Assembly: GCA_029558515.1 (NCBI GenBank)
Contig: JAKQEM010000014.1
Location: forward strand, 5,759 to 69,758
Source: a bacterium
GTDB lineage: Bacteria; Patescibacteriota; Gracilibacteria; Peribacterales; Peribacteraceae
Direction: 5' to 3'
Length of the DNA: 64,000 bases
Below, piece after piece: positions 19,695 through 28,896 of the stretch (within the stretch, counting starts at the first letter, position 1; each line of letters starts with the position of its first letter). A program made the translations under genes and the position numbers. The notes under the pieces were generated by a model, which was not told the origin of the DNA, did not search any database, and was given only the letters and a program-made list of their open reading frames with translations.

Positions 19695-20570
19695 ATGTCG
19701 TACACTCCCCTCCGACGAATCTACCTCTTCTCGGATACCTACGGACGCAGCAAAAATCCCTTCGTACAGGACGACGCAGACGCACTCATCTCCACCGACT
19801 TCCGATCTTTCCCGCTGGAGAGCTTCCACCGCGAGTTTGATATCTACGGACGCGAAGCGATCACGGAGCACATTCTTCGTCTCATCTTCGAATTGCACGA
19901 ATGCACGCTGCAATCACCCTATATTTCCGATGCGGTGAAGGAAGAGTATCGCAAAACGACAACGGGTGTGTTCATCAATGCGGCTCCGCGACTGAATAAG
20001 GAGAACGGCACGCCTTTCTACATCGCCACCGGCGACGGCGTACGGATCGTCACGACGAATCCGGCGGGACTCTCCACCATCAAGCACAAACTGACATCGC
20101 TGCACCATTTGGACAATCACAAGAACGTGATCTACGGGAACACCGAACAATTCCGCAGCAGCTACACGCCATTTCTCCTCCATCCCGATCACGACATCGA
20201 CCTCATCGAAGACGATCTCTCTCTGATCCCCGATGAAGTCGCCGACCGATGGGAGCTTGCGTACGTCGATCGCTACGGAAACATGATCACCTATGCGCAC
20301 GACACCGAGCGGCAGTGGGCGCAGATCGAAGCGGCCGCGGATGAGAACAACTCCGTGAAGCTCATCATCGGCAACGTGAGCCAGACGGCTTTTTTGGGTT
20401 CCAGTTTGAAGGACGCCGACCCGGGAGCGCTGGTCGTCTACAAGAACAAGAACATCGACATCCTGCGCAAGTGGATGGTTGATGAAGACAGCTACACCCG
20501 TCTGTACCGGTCGGCGTACCTGCAATTTTCCAAGCCGGATGTCGGCGCGAAGATCCGGATTGCGGATTGA
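19695..20570 (+). CDS. hypothetical protein, divergent DUF62 / SAM hydroxide adenosyltransferase-like fold
   Basis: YVDRYGNMIT resembles the IDxFGN motif. GVFINAAPRL..GTPFYIATGDGVRIVTTNPAGLSTI parallels the VIDPGVGT..LVVPDNGL block, but the DPGVG residues are not conserved. Start placed at MSYTPL. Confidence 0.5.
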   Translation: MSYTPLRRIYLFSDTYGRSKNPFVQDDADALISTDFRSFPLESFHREFDIYGREAITEHILRLIFELHECTLQSPYISDAVKEEYRKTTTGVFINAAPRLNKENGTPFYIATGDGVRIVTTNPAGLSTIKHKLTSLHHLDNHKNVIYGNTEQFRSSYTPFLLHPDHDIDLIEDDLSLIPDEVADRWELAYVDRYGNMITYAHDTERQWAQIEAAADENNSVKLIIGNVSQTAFLGSSLKDADPGALVVYKNKNIDILRKWMVDEDSYTRLYRSAYLQFSKPDVGAKIRIAD

Positions 20571-21788
20571 TCACCTGCCCGCCACCCCGCTTTCCCTGGC
20601 CGCCCGCATCACCGCCGGAGCGACGGTCGTGAGGAGACGCGGATCGAAGGGTTTGGGCAGCAGATACTCACGACCAAAGGTGAGGGAAGCAATGCCGTAC
20701 GCCTCCAGTACCGAGGACGGCACCGCCTCTCTGGCCAATCCCGCAAGCGCGTGCACCGTCGCCCGTTTCATCGCCTCATTGATGGTGCGCGCACGACTGT
20801 CCAGCGCCCCGCGAAAGAGGAACGGGAAGCAGAGGACGTTATTCACCTGATTGGGCTCATCGCTCCGACCGGTCGCAAGGAGGACATCGGGGCGCGTCCG
20901 CCGCGCAAGGGCGGGATCAATCTCGGGATCGGGGTTGGCGAGCGCGAACACAATCGGGTCACGCGCCATGGACGAGAGCATGGCAGCCGTCAGCATCCCC
21001 GCTTTGGAGACTCCGATGAACACATCCGCCCCCCGCACGGCTTCGGCAAGAGTACGGTGCTCGGTTGTTCGTGCAAACGGCACTTTGGACGCATGCAGAT
21101 CCGTACGGTCCGCAGAAATCACGCCGCGCGAATCACACACGAGCAACCGTTCCGGATTGACCCCGAGCGTCCGCAGCATTTTTGCGATGGCGATGCCCGC
21201 CGCACCCGCGCCGTTGAGCACGACGAAAACGTGCGCGAGCTCCTTCCCCGTGACCGTGAGCGCATTGAGCAGACCGGCGCAGACCACGACAGCCGTCCCA
21301 TGCTGATCGTCGTGAAACACGGGGATCGCCATCCGTTCGATCAACGCCTCTTCGATGGCGAAACATTCCGGCGCTTTGATGTCCTCCAGATTGATGCCGC
21401 CGAACGTCGGTTCCAGCAGCGCGACCGTGCGGATGATGTCTTCGGGATCTTCGCTGTTGATCTCCAGATCGAACGCATCGATATCGGCAAATTTCTTGAA
21501 GAGCGCCGCCTTCCCCTCCATCACGGGTTTGCTCGCGAGCGCTCCGCGGTTTCCAAGTCCCAAAATCGCCGTACCGTTGGTGACCACCGCGACGAGATTG
21601 CCTTTGCCCGTATAGCGGTACGCATCCTCCGGATGCTCCGCGATCCTGCGCACGGGCTCGGCTACGCCCGGACTGTAGGCAAGCGCCAGATCATCGGCCG
21701 TCGCCATGGGTTTGGTGGGAATGACGGAGAGTTTTCCAAACGGCAATGATTCGTGGTACGCGACGGATCGATCGGAGAGGGAGGGCAT
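20571..21788 (-). CDS. NAD(P)-dependent malic enzyme
   Basis: Contains [68 protein letters not shown] and [14 protein letters not shown]. Confidence 0.93.
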   Translation of the reverse strand: MPSLSDRSVAYHESLPFGKLSVIPTKPMATADDLALAYSPGVAEPVRRIAEHPEDAYRYTGKGNLVAVVTNGTAILGLGNRGALASKPVMEGKAALFKKFADIDAFDLEINSEDPEDIIRTVALLEPTFGGINLEDIKAPECFAIEEALIERMAIPVFHDDQHGTAVVVCAGLLNALTVTGKELAHVFVVLNGAGAAGIAIAKMLRTLGVNPERLLVCDSRGVISADRTDLHASKVPFARTTEHRTLAEAVRGADVFIGVSKAGMLTAAMLSSMARDPIVFALANPDPEIDPALARRTRPDVLLATGRSDEPNQVNNVLCFPFLFRGALDSRARTINEAMKRATVHALAGLAREAVPSSVLEAYGIASLTFGREYLLPKPFDPRLLTTVAPAVMRAARESGVAGR

Positions 21789-21867
21789 GGGGAAGAGCGG
21801 GAACAAAAGAATGACGACTCAAAATTTCTGCCGGATAAGGATGGCAGCATAGCAGTGCGACTCAAAA

Positions 21868-22164
21868 CTAAGAAGCGCGAGGAGTCCAATACTCATCCAT
21901 AGCCTCGGCGGCAAGCCGATCAAATACCTTTCTACGTCCAGACGTATTCATTGTTATTGCTTTCACGTTCTCCAATACTTCCCTGCTGCAGCCTTCTGTA
22001 GCAGTGCCATCACATCCATTACGACAGGTATATTTGATTGCTTCAGCAATTGCAACCTGAAAATACAATTGTTCCATCGGCGTCAATCCCAAAGCCACCT
22101 TCACAGCGCGCGTCACAACGGCCGCAGGGCATGGAGGGGGTTCATCCAATTCGGCTTCTTCCAT
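21868..22164 (-). CDS. hypothetical protein (possibly the tail of a decayed gene)
   Basis: 98-aa ORF in a lower-GC patch. Upstream fragments in other frames look like remnants of the same gene. Confidence 0.3.
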   Translation of the reverse strand: MEEAELDEPPPCPAAVVTRAVKVALGLTPMEQLYFQVAIAEAIKYTCRNGCDGTATEGCSREVLENVKAITMNTSGRRKVFDRLAAEAMDEYWTPRAS

Positions 22165-22535
22165 GAACTCAAAATAGAACGATGGATACTCATCCGCAAG
22201 ACACCATTTTTTATCGCCTCCCTTGACTGCACGTTACACACTTATGACACTTCTTGTCCTGAGGCCGAAACAAACTGCCGTGAAAGGGGTCAATTACTGC
22301 CTGCTGCCCAAGTCGGTCCTTTTGGTGCAAACACTCGCTGGCCGGAATGATATGCCCCTGACGCAATAAGCGCATGAACTCCTTGAACAGGGATTGGAAT
22401 CGGAAAAGGATCGCATCCTCAACGCGATTCAGAATATTCAGCTGGTCGTGCGGTATTGATCATCTGCAAACGGGACAAGGTGTATCAAGAGGCGCTGAAA
22501 AGATGAAGAGAGGTATAAATGTACGGCACGCCGCT

Positions 22536-24302
22536 TCACCCGCAGGAACCGGGAACCATCATGCCGGAGCCGGATGTCGTGATGTCTTCCATGGTCTCCG
22601 GCCACACGAATGGTTGGTCGAAAAGAAAAGCAGCCTCTTCATCGATGGTGCGGCGGGTCTCTTGTTCGTAGAGATCCGTGTGCGTCGCAAGCTGGAGATC
22701 GCGGATGCCGCGGCGGACGCACTGCGCACGATCGAGCGGATCGAATCCGATCTTATCGTCTAACACTGCAACCGCGTGCGCGCGACTCGCCGTCCATTCC
22801 TGCCACGACCGATCTTCAAGGAGGCGCATCAATTTCCCTTCCAGCTGAGCGACGGTGATCTTCGCATCCGCCAAGAGCGTCTTCTCCTCCTCCGAAAACT
22901 CCGTCTTCGTCCGAAGCGCTTCGTACCGCGCATCCGCTTCGGCGATGGCCGCCTCCCACCCCTCCACGGCATCGGGCGACAGCCTGCTGATGGTGACGAT
23001 ATCCGGCCGCATGTCGCGGGGAGGTTGAGCCAAAGCAATCATCACATCAATATTGATCGCATTGAGAAGAAGCACCACAAACGCACTCGCGATCGCCGCG
23101 CCGCCCAGGAGCGTTCGCTCCGTCATGGTGCGCAACGCATTGAGCGCGAAGAGCAGCATGATCATCGTCAGAAGCCACAGCAGAAAGATGGCGCCGATGA
23201 TGCGCACGCGCGTGAGTCCGTACATTTCGATGTACATCCAATCGCGCTTCGCCGCGGATGCCAGGAGCAACAACAGTTCCACAAGCAGCACGCCGTTCAC
23301 CCACCCAAGCGCGCGCACCCGCCCGCTGTCCGTCAGCGTGCGCTGTTTGAGAATGACGGCGTAGGTAAGAACGGACCCTGCAAAAGACGCCACGAGCAAT
23401 TCCAGGAATCCGCGCCGCACGTACTCGGCGTACGTAATATCGAGCGTGAAAAAACCCGCATGCGTTCCGAAGAGATAGCGTGCCTGCACGGAGAGGAATA
23501 CTCCGAAGAGCAGCGCCAAACTCACCGCCGGCACACAGACGTCCCAAAAACTCACCATCGTCAGTTGCGGTACCTTCTCTTGCCATTTGGTCGGCACCCT
23601 TACCGTTGCGAAGAGCAGCAATCCCGCGAGGAGGAGAGCGGAGAGCGCCATGCGTCCCAACGCCTGCTGCCGCACTTCACGCACGAGCTGATCGAACACG
23701 GGATCCGCTGCGGAGAGAATCCAGGAGAAGAAGAGGAGCACGATCAGCGTGATCCCCGCGATTTTGAGCGTTTGCAGCATCTTCGCGCCGTGCGACGTTT
23801 TCGCGGGACGCAGCATCGTTCCGAGGGAGAAGAGTCGGTGCACCGCACGCACGAGGAATCCGACCTGCATCTTCAGCAACCATACACCGTGCCAGCGAAT
23901 CTCCCCGATACTGCGAAGAAAAAGGAGCGTCGCCGCACAGGCGGCGGCCGTCACGACGTTCACGATCTGCACAAATTCGTTCGCTCGGAATCCGAAGAGC
24001 ACGCATGCGACCATCCCCGTGATCGTCAGAAACCAGATCTCCTTTCCCCTCCGCTCCGATGGAAAAAGCAGCACGATGGCAAGGAAGACGCAGAACCCGA
24101 ACAGTCCGTACCCGATGCCGAACTCCGCGTCGTACGCAAACACATTCAGCGCGACGACGGCCAGCGCCAGGCTCCACCCCAAGAGAGGCGGAAACCGCAC
24201 CGGTTCATCGGCGCCCAGCGGCGAGGTTTTTATCAACCGCAGCACCCGCAGCGCCAGGAGCCCAAGGAGGAAGAGAGCGAAGACGAAGAGGATGAATGGC
24301 AT
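22536..24302 (-). CDS. polytopic membrane protein with C-terminal soluble domain (DUF4153/DUF4173-like)
   Basis: About 12 hydrophobic segments are followed by a charged helical C-terminus. Start placed at MPFILFVFALFLLGLL. The family assignment is tentative. Confidence 0.6.
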   Translation of the reverse strand: MPFILFVFALFLLGLLALRVLRLIKTSPLGADEPVRFPPLLGWSLALAVVALNVFAYDAEFGIGYGLFGFCVFLAIVLLFPSERRGKEIWFLTITGMVACVLFGFRANEFVQIVNVVTAAACAATLLFLRSIGEIRWHGVWLLKMQVGFLVRAVHRLFSLGTMLRPAKTSHGAKMLQTLKIAGITLIVLLFFSWILSAADPVFDQLVREVRQQALGRMALSALLLAGLLLFATVRVPTKWQEKVPQLTMVSFWDVCVPAVSLALLFGVFLSVQARYLFGTHAGFFTLDITYAEYVRRGFLELLVASFAGSVLTYAVILKQRTLTDSGRVRALGWVNGVLLVELLLLLASAAKRDWMYIEMYGLTRVRIIGAIFLLWLLTMIMLLFALNALRTMTERTLLGGAAIASAFVVLLLNAINIDVMIALAQPPRDMRPDIVTISRLSPDAVEGWEAAIAEADARYEALRTKTEFSEEEKTLLADAKITVAQLEGKLMRLLEDRSWQEWTASRAHAVAVLDDKIGFDPLDRAQCVRRGIRDLQLATHTDLYEQETRRTIDEEAAFLFDQPFVWPETMEDITTSGSGMMVPGSCG

Positions 24303-24396
24303 GGGATGGCAGCATAGCACAGAGACCCGCAAATCTCATGGAAGCATCCACCATGGTTGAACATACCTTGCATCGAGCAACACAAACGGTTATCAT

Positions 24397-24684
24397 GTGT
24401 ACATGAAGAAAGGTTCCGCCAGTCTCCACATTCGCATTCCGGCCAAATTGAAAAAAGAGGCGGAAGCGGTGCTCTCCGCTCTCGGTCTCGATACCTCCTC
24501 GGCCATTCGATTGTTTTATGCACAGGTCGCACTCAACCAAACGCTCCCCTTCTCCCTCCCCGCTCTGCGCATTGCGTCCCCGCAAACCCAAAAAATTGTG
24601 ACCGATGCATTGGAGGACACAGGAGCCTTGGGTCCGTTTGACGACGCCGACAGCGCACTCAAAGCCCTGTATGCCGCAACTTAA
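24397..24684 (+). CDS. dinJ: type II antitoxin, RelB/DinJ family
   Basis: SLHIRIPAKLKKEAEAVLSALGLDTSSAIRLFYAQVALNQTLPF matches the DinJ RHH N-terminus. The gene overlaps the toxin gene by 14 nt. The probable true start is ATG 24403. Confidence 0.85.
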   Translation: MYMKKGSASLHIRIPAKLKKEAEAVLSALGLDTSSAIRLFYAQVALNQTLPFSLPALRIASPQTQKIVTDALEDTGALGPFDDADSALKALYAAT

Positions 24685-24940
24685 GTTCTCCAGGCAATTT
24701 CTGAAAGACGTTCAGAAATGGCGAAAATCAGGGCAAAGCATGGAGAAATTCGACGCTTTCGTGAGGACGATTGCGCATACATGGCCACCGCCTCCACAAT
24801 ACGATCCGCATCTCCTGCAAGGGCCATTCGCCGGAGTGTGGGATGTTCATTTGCGGCACAACTGGGTACTTCTCCTCAGCCTTCAAGAAGGCACCGTGCT
24901 TTTCCTCCGTATGGGAACGCATGCCGAACTCGGACTATAG
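24671..24940 (+). CDS. yafQ: type II toxin, YafQ/RelE-family mRNA interferase
   Basis: F.KDV.K..K.G......F...I.........YDPHLLQGPFAGVWDVHLRHNWVLLLSLQEGTVLFLRMGTHAELG parallels E. coli YafQ (DHPLQG...DAHVEPDWILIY...RTGTHAALF). Confidence 0.85.
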   Translation: MPQLKFSRQFLKDVQKWRKSGQSMEKFDAFVRTIAHTWPPPPQYDPHLLQGPFAGVWDVHLRHNWVLLLSLQEGTVLFLRMGTHAELGL

Positions 24941-25116
24941 CGTGCAGGATATTCGTGCACCGCAAAACACTCCAAAGGAGGATTGCACCCGTTCTCGAAG
25001 CCTGATACAGTTTCGCGGCTTTGGAGGGTCGGAGTGACGCGGTGACGCCATTTCTCCGATACCCGATAAGTTTGCTCCATCATTCACCATTTTCATACTC
25101 TCTGGGACCGTAGTTC

Positions 25117-25190
25117 CCGCCTTCGTCCGCCGCCGCGGACTACGTCGGGCAGGCAGCTGGCACACCAGCTTCACCCGATACTCTGTTCTT
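25117..25190. repeat. fragment related to the right half of the long GC-rich element
   Basis: CTTCGTCCGCCGCCGCGGACTACGTCGGGCAGGCAG compares with GAAGTCCGCCGCAGCGGACGTGGCAAGCGG at 15380-15410. It also shares CTACG.CGGGCAGGCAG with 50788-50803. Confidence 0.6.
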
Positions 25191-25202
25191 TTTTCACTTC
25201 GT

Positions 25203-25279
25203 GGGACCGTAGTTCAGCTGGCTAGAACGCCACACTGTCACTGTGGAGGTCGCGGGTTCGAGTCCCGTCGGTCCCGCCA
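25203..25279 (+). tRNA. tRNA-Asp (anticodon GUC), CCA encoded
   Basis: Hand-folded cloverleaf. Acceptor stem is GGGACCG/CGGTCCC, the anticodon arm is CCACA-CTGTCAC-TGTGG, the T arm is GCGGG-TTCGAGT-CCCGT, and the discriminator is G followed by CCA. Confidence 0.9.
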
Positions 25280-25306
25280 GCTATTGACAACAATATAGAT
25301 ATAGAA

Positions 25307-25546
25307 TTGAATGATGTTATGGGTGATGAGGTGAGTCAATGGAAGAATGAAGGCCCTGCATTAGACATTGTTGCTGCCGCTCGGCTCCAACTGAGCGCTC
25401 ATCTGCTGCGGCTTCAAACTGAAGGTTCTGAATTGAGAGCGCAGATCGCAGAAAATAGGAGGGATCTCACTTTCATGATCGGTTCAATACCGTCTGTGAT
25501 CGGCGCAGGCGGCTCCGAAATCAAGGATGACTGCTCGGCAATTTGA
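25307..25546 (+). CDS. hypothetical small protein
   Basis: ORF only, with a TTG start (internal ATG 12 nt downstream), in a lower-GC patch downstream of the tRNA. No homology. Confidence 0.25.
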   Translation: MNDVMGDEVSQWKNEGPALDIVAAARLQLSAHLLRLQTEGSELRAQIAENRRDLTFMIGSIPSVIGAGGSEIKDDCSAI

Positions 25547-25642
25547 ATCGAGTACAACATACGTTTGCATCACGTTCAGGAAGTCCCGCCATCCTCACAT
25601 CCAATCAGTGTCCCTTTTTTGGAGAAAGCGACGATGCCGTTT

Positions 25643-25664
25643 AAAAAGACGGCTTTCGGCCGTG
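25643..25664 (-). terminator. intrinsic terminator (minus strand)
   Basis: ACGGC-CGAAA-GCCGT followed by CTTTTTAAA on the minus strand, after the 49-aa membrane ORF. Confidence 0.5.
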
Positions 25665-25699
25665 CCGCACCGGGCAAAGGACGCACGCAAGACACAATC

Positions 25700-25849
25700 T
25701 CACAGCACCCCCATCGCCCACGCGTTGGCCGCCACCACGAAGACGGCTGCGACGATGACCCACAGGATCACGGCCACGGCGATGTGCTCTTCCGGGAGAC
25801 CGGGCTGAACGGGGACTTGGTTTGCCGGATCGGATGTCTGTGTTCGCAT
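25700..25849 (-). CDS. possible 49-aa single-pass membrane peptide (MRTQTSDPANQVPVQPGLPEEHIAVAVILWVIVAAVFVVAANAWAMGVL)
   Basis: Hand-translated. One clear TM helix, followed by the ACGGC-CGAAA-GCCGT-CTTTTT terminator. Confidence 0.35.
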   Translation of the reverse strand: MRTQTSDPANQVPVQPGLPEEHIAVAVILWVIVAAVFVVAANAWAMGVL

Positions 25850-25930
25850 TTATACCATTGTAACATTATTTGCATTTCAATGCAATATATTGTCTTTGTG
25901 CGATTAGGGAGATAGTTCTCCGCACTGTCT

Positions 25931-26986
25931 CTATTTCAGGTACAGGACGGGGTTTTTCTTCACGCCATGCACGCGGACCTCGTAGTGGATGTGGATGCCG
26001 GTTTTGCCGTACACGCGACCGGAATTCCCCATCCAAGAAATCTGCTGCCCTCGCGTCACCTGCTCCCCCACGGACACGTAGAGTTCCTTGTTGTGCGCGT
26101 AGAGAGTGACGAGACCGTTGCCATGATCGATCTCGATGACATTGCCGTACCCGCCGTTCCAACCGGTCTCTGCGCGAATGACCGTTCCGGCCTCCGCCGC
26201 AAAGATGGGACCGCCGCCGCGCGTCTGCAAATCCACCGCATAGTGTCCCGCGTGGTAGTACTGCGTGTAGATGCAATTTTCGCACGGCATCTGGAGAATG
26301 CCCGTCGTGGGAGCCGCCGACGTTTTCGTGGGCCGACCGGGTGACGGAGGCGCGGGGCGCGTCTGCGCGGGAGTACCGACGGGTGGCGTCGTGCCCGGCC
26401 GCTGTTGCGGCGGCGTGACGGCCACCTGCACGGGGGGAGGCGGCGCGGCGACGATCGGCGAAGCACCGGGAATAATGAGTTCCTGCCCGGCGATGATGAA
26501 ACCTCCCTGGACGCCGTTCTGGCGGGTGATCTCCTCCGCCGGCACGCTGTAGAGTTCCGCAATGCGCGAAAGCGTCTGTCCGCGGGATACGGTGTGCAGC
26601 ACGCCGTCCACGGGAAGCACGATGAGTTCATCACCCGGTTGCAGCAGAGCATTTCGCTCCAGTTTATTGGCCCAGCGCACGGTATCGGGTTTGATGCCGT
26701 AGCGTTCCGCGATCTGCTCGATACTCTCGCCTTCCCGAACGGTATGTATGAGCCCCTCGGCGTAGGCGCGGCGCGCGCCCTGCTGCGTGAGTGAACTCGA
26801 TTTCATGAGGAACCCGTCCTCCACGAGCACAAACTGCGAGGGCATCCCCACGCTATCCTCCCCGTCCGTCTGCGCCAGCGCTTCCCGCGGGATGTAGGGC
26901 GGTAGCAGCGATCCGACCAGGAAGATCGTGACGCACACGATGCGAATGCGGAGGGACAGCCAGTGTCGAAGGGGGCTCTGAAGCAA
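25931..26986 (-). CDS. LysM-domain M23 family metallopeptidase
   Basis: Two LysM repeats are present (HTVREGESIEQIAERYGI...; HTVSRGQTLSRIAELYSV...). The M23 core has HYAVDL, GYGNVIEIDHGNGLVTLYAHN and GIHIHYEV. The longest ORF reaches 27124 but overlaps the upstream gene by 125 nt. TTG at 26986, before the signal anchor, is preferred. Confidence 0.85.
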   Translation of the reverse strand: MLQSPLRHWLSLRIRIVCVTIFLVGSLLPPYIPREALAQTDGEDSVGMPSQFVLVEDGFLMKSSSLTQQGARRAYAEGLIHTVREGESIEQIAERYGIKPDTVRWANKLERNALLQPGDELIVLPVDGVLHTVSRGQTLSRIAELYSVPAEEITRQNGVQGGFIIAGQELIIPGASPIVAAPPPPVQVAVTPPQQRPGTTPPVGTPAQTRPAPPSPGRPTKTSAAPTTGILQMPCENCIYTQYYHAGHYAVDLQTRGGGPIFAAEAGTVIRAETGWNGGYGNVIEIDHGNGLVTLYAHNKELYVSVGEQVTRGQQISWMGNSGRVYGKTGIHIHYEVRVHGVKKNPVLYLK

Positions 26987-26999
26987 GTGATGGGGGAAA

Positions 27000-27944
27000 T
27001 CAGCGCGGCAAGCTCGCAAGAATCTGTCGCACGTCTTTGTAACGGTCTTGGGAATGCAGCAAAACGGTGACGTACCGTCGGTCTCCTGCCTCCACGATGG
27101 AGAGGAGGCACTGTCCCGCCTCATCGGTGGTGCCGGTTTTGCCCGCCAGGATGGCGGGGTTATCGACCAGTAGCGCGTGCGTGTGGGTGAGGGTCAGCAC
27201 GGAGCCACGCGATCCGGTGATCCGTGCGAAGGACAGAGACATGCGATCGGCAATCGGAGGTTTGGTGAGGACGAAGGTCGCCAGCCACGCCAGATCCCGC
27301 GGACTGCTCCGCTGGGAAGGTGCGTCCAATCCCGCCGGATTCTGATACGAGGTGTGCGTGAGTCCCAATTCCCGCGCGCGCCGGTTCATCTCCCGCACGA
27401 ACGCATCCGTCGATCCGCTGTGAAAGCGAGCGAGCGTGACGGCGGCGTCATTGGCGGACGTAATGAGGAGCGCCGACAGCAAATCTCCCACGCTGAAGCG
27501 TTCTCCCGGTGACAGGTACACGACATTCCCCTCCGTGTCGGCGATATCTGACGGGACCGTCACGAGCTCCTCCGGCGCATGGTTCTCCACGATGAGCAGC
27601 GCCGTCATCAATTTGGTGAGACTGGCCATGGGACGAGCTGTGTCTGCATCGCGGCCAAGGAGCATCTGTCCGCTCTCAAGATCCGTCACGATGACGCCCG
27701 ACGCCGAAAGACCGGCGAGGAAATCCGCAGAGAACATGCGATCGGTGATGGCGGGAGGAGATACCCGGATATCACCCGAGAGCGCGCGCACGTTCGCCTG
27801 CGTTCCCCATGCGGGAACCATACCCATCAGCAGGACGGAGAGGACTGATCCGAACATCGCGGAGGAGTCTAGCGGAGCGGAGCGTTCCGGAAAACGGACG
27901 ACCGAAAAAAAGAGCGCAGAGTTTTTCCGCCAAAGCAAGAGCAA
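27000..27944 (-). CDS. D-alanyl-D-alanine carboxypeptidase (peptidase S11, PBP5-like)
   Basis: SLTK (SxxK), SANDAA (SxN) and KTGTT (KTG) motifs occur in the right order. The alternative start MFGSVLSV is at 27857. Confidence 0.88.
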   Translation of the reverse strand: MLLLWRKNSALFFSVVRFPERSAPLDSSAMFGSVLSVLLMGMVPAWGTQANVRALSGDIRVSPPAITDRMFSADFLAGLSASGVIVTDLESGQMLLGRDADTARPMASLTKLMTALLIVENHAPEELVTVPSDIADTEGNVVYLSPGERFSVGDLLSALLITSANDAAVTLARFHSGSTDAFVREMNRRARELGLTHTSYQNPAGLDAPSQRSSPRDLAWLATFVLTKPPIADRMSLSFARITGSRGSVLTLTHTHALLVDNPAILAGKTGTTDEAGQCLLSIVEAGDRRYVTVLLHSQDRYKDVRQILASLPR

Positions 27945-27946
27945 TT

Positions 27947-28873
27947 CTACTGAAACACCACTTTATCAACCAGACGCAAGTCCACGTACTTCTTGGCCGC
28001 TCCTTCCCCCTCCGTCTGCAGGAACACTCGGTAGCGCGCCAATTGTTCCTCAATGGGCGTGCGAAGATCAAACCACAACGTGTGCGCCGGTGTTTCCAGA
28101 TGGTATTCCCGGCCCCGCAGATACACCGTTCGCAGCGTGACGGCGCGATCGAACTGCTCGCGGAGCATCGTCTCGGCGGTATTCATGGCGGTGAGAAGTT
28201 CCGGCTCCAGGAGCATCGTGCCCGGCGACGGGCGGACGCCCCAGTCCACCACATGCAATTGGAGGAGGTCTGAGCCCGACTGCACCTGCGCATCGGCATA
28301 CGTCACGTACGTACCGTCCACGGTGAGAAAATCGGAGAATGCGGGACCCGCGGCAAGCGCGGCTCCGCTCTCGGCGGAGGCATTGGGGTCTTCGATCGCC
28401 AGACGCGCGACAATGGGCTCGAGCGTGAGCCGCACTTCGAGCGTAGCGGGGTACTGCTTGGTGACGATGACATCCTGCAGATCGGGGACGACTTCCCGTG
28501 TCAGCGCGGTCGCCTCGTGCAACGGCAGGAAGAAGAGATGCCGTCCGAAGAGCGGGGCGAGTCCGTGTTGGATCTCCTCCACGTTGATGCGCGGATCACT
28601 GAGAGGAATGCGCACTTCCTTGATGTGCAGCACGGAAGAGAAGAGCAGGAAGCCGATGCCGGTGACGATGGTGGCGGGAACGGCGAACAGCAGAAACCCG
28701 ACGATGAACGCACGGATCGCTTCCATTCTGCGCTGCCAGAGCTGCACGGTGCGCTGCCAACGCTTGCCGCGATGTTCACTGTGACTGTGCAGGTGCCGTT
28801 CGACGAGACGACGCGTCTGAGGTGTCACCGGCCGATTGAACCGTTCGGGAAGAGGACGCGGTTTGCGGAGCAT
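27947..28873 (-). CDS. cell division protein FtsQ/DivIB-like (TM + POTRA)
   Basis: A basic N-terminus, a single TM segment (AFIVGFLLFAVPATIVTGIGFLLF) and then a POTRA-like IKEVRI...PDLQDVIVTKQYPATLEVRLTLEPIVA segment. It lies in a cell-wall gene neighbourhood. Confidence 0.6.
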   Translation of the reverse strand: MLRKPRPLPERFNRPVTPQTRRLVERHLHSHSEHRGKRWQRTVQLWQRRMEAIRAFIVGFLLFAVPATIVTGIGFLLFSSVLHIKEVRIPLSDPRINVEEIQHGLAPLFGRHLFFLPLHEATALTREVVPDLQDVIVTKQYPATLEVRLTLEPIVARLAIEDPNASAESGAALAAGPAFSDFLTVDGTYVTYADAQVQSGSDLLQLHVVDWGVRPSPGTMLLEPELLTAMNTAETMLREQFDRAVTLRTVYLRGREYHLETPAHTLWFDLRTPIEEQLARYRVFLQTEGEGAAKKYVDLRLVDKVVFQ

Positions 28874-28880
28874 CGGAGAG

Positions 28881-28888
28881 AGTATAGA
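28881..28888. promoter_or_regulatory. overlapping divergent -10 boxes (TATACT on minus, TATAGA on plus) 7-8 nt from both start codons
   Basis: The sequence AGTATAGA lies between the ftsQ-like ATG (28873, minus) and the GT4 ATG (28897, plus). This implies leaderless or near-leaderless mRNAs. Confidence 0.45.
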
Positions 28889-28896
28889 GTCCCCCC

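Noticed and set aside
22776-24317. Very long antisense ORFs opposite recognised genes. Examples are 22776-24317(+), 39186-40808(-), 54399-56129(+), 7662-9311(+), 14151-15368(-), 18140-19171(-), 20751-21749(+), 47706-48773(+), 34923-35882(-), 35920-36834(+) and 779-1774(+).
   Set aside because: These are typical high-GC shadow ORFs. Their products are Arg/Gly/His/Asp-rich and lack motifs, while the opposite strand encodes proteins with clear family signatures.
25103-25116. A possible second tRNA or tRNA pseudogene upstream of tRNA-Asp.
   Set aside because: Only the first 13-14 nt of the acceptor/D-arm are duplicated. The following sequence cannot form a cloverleaf and instead matches a GC-rich repeat.
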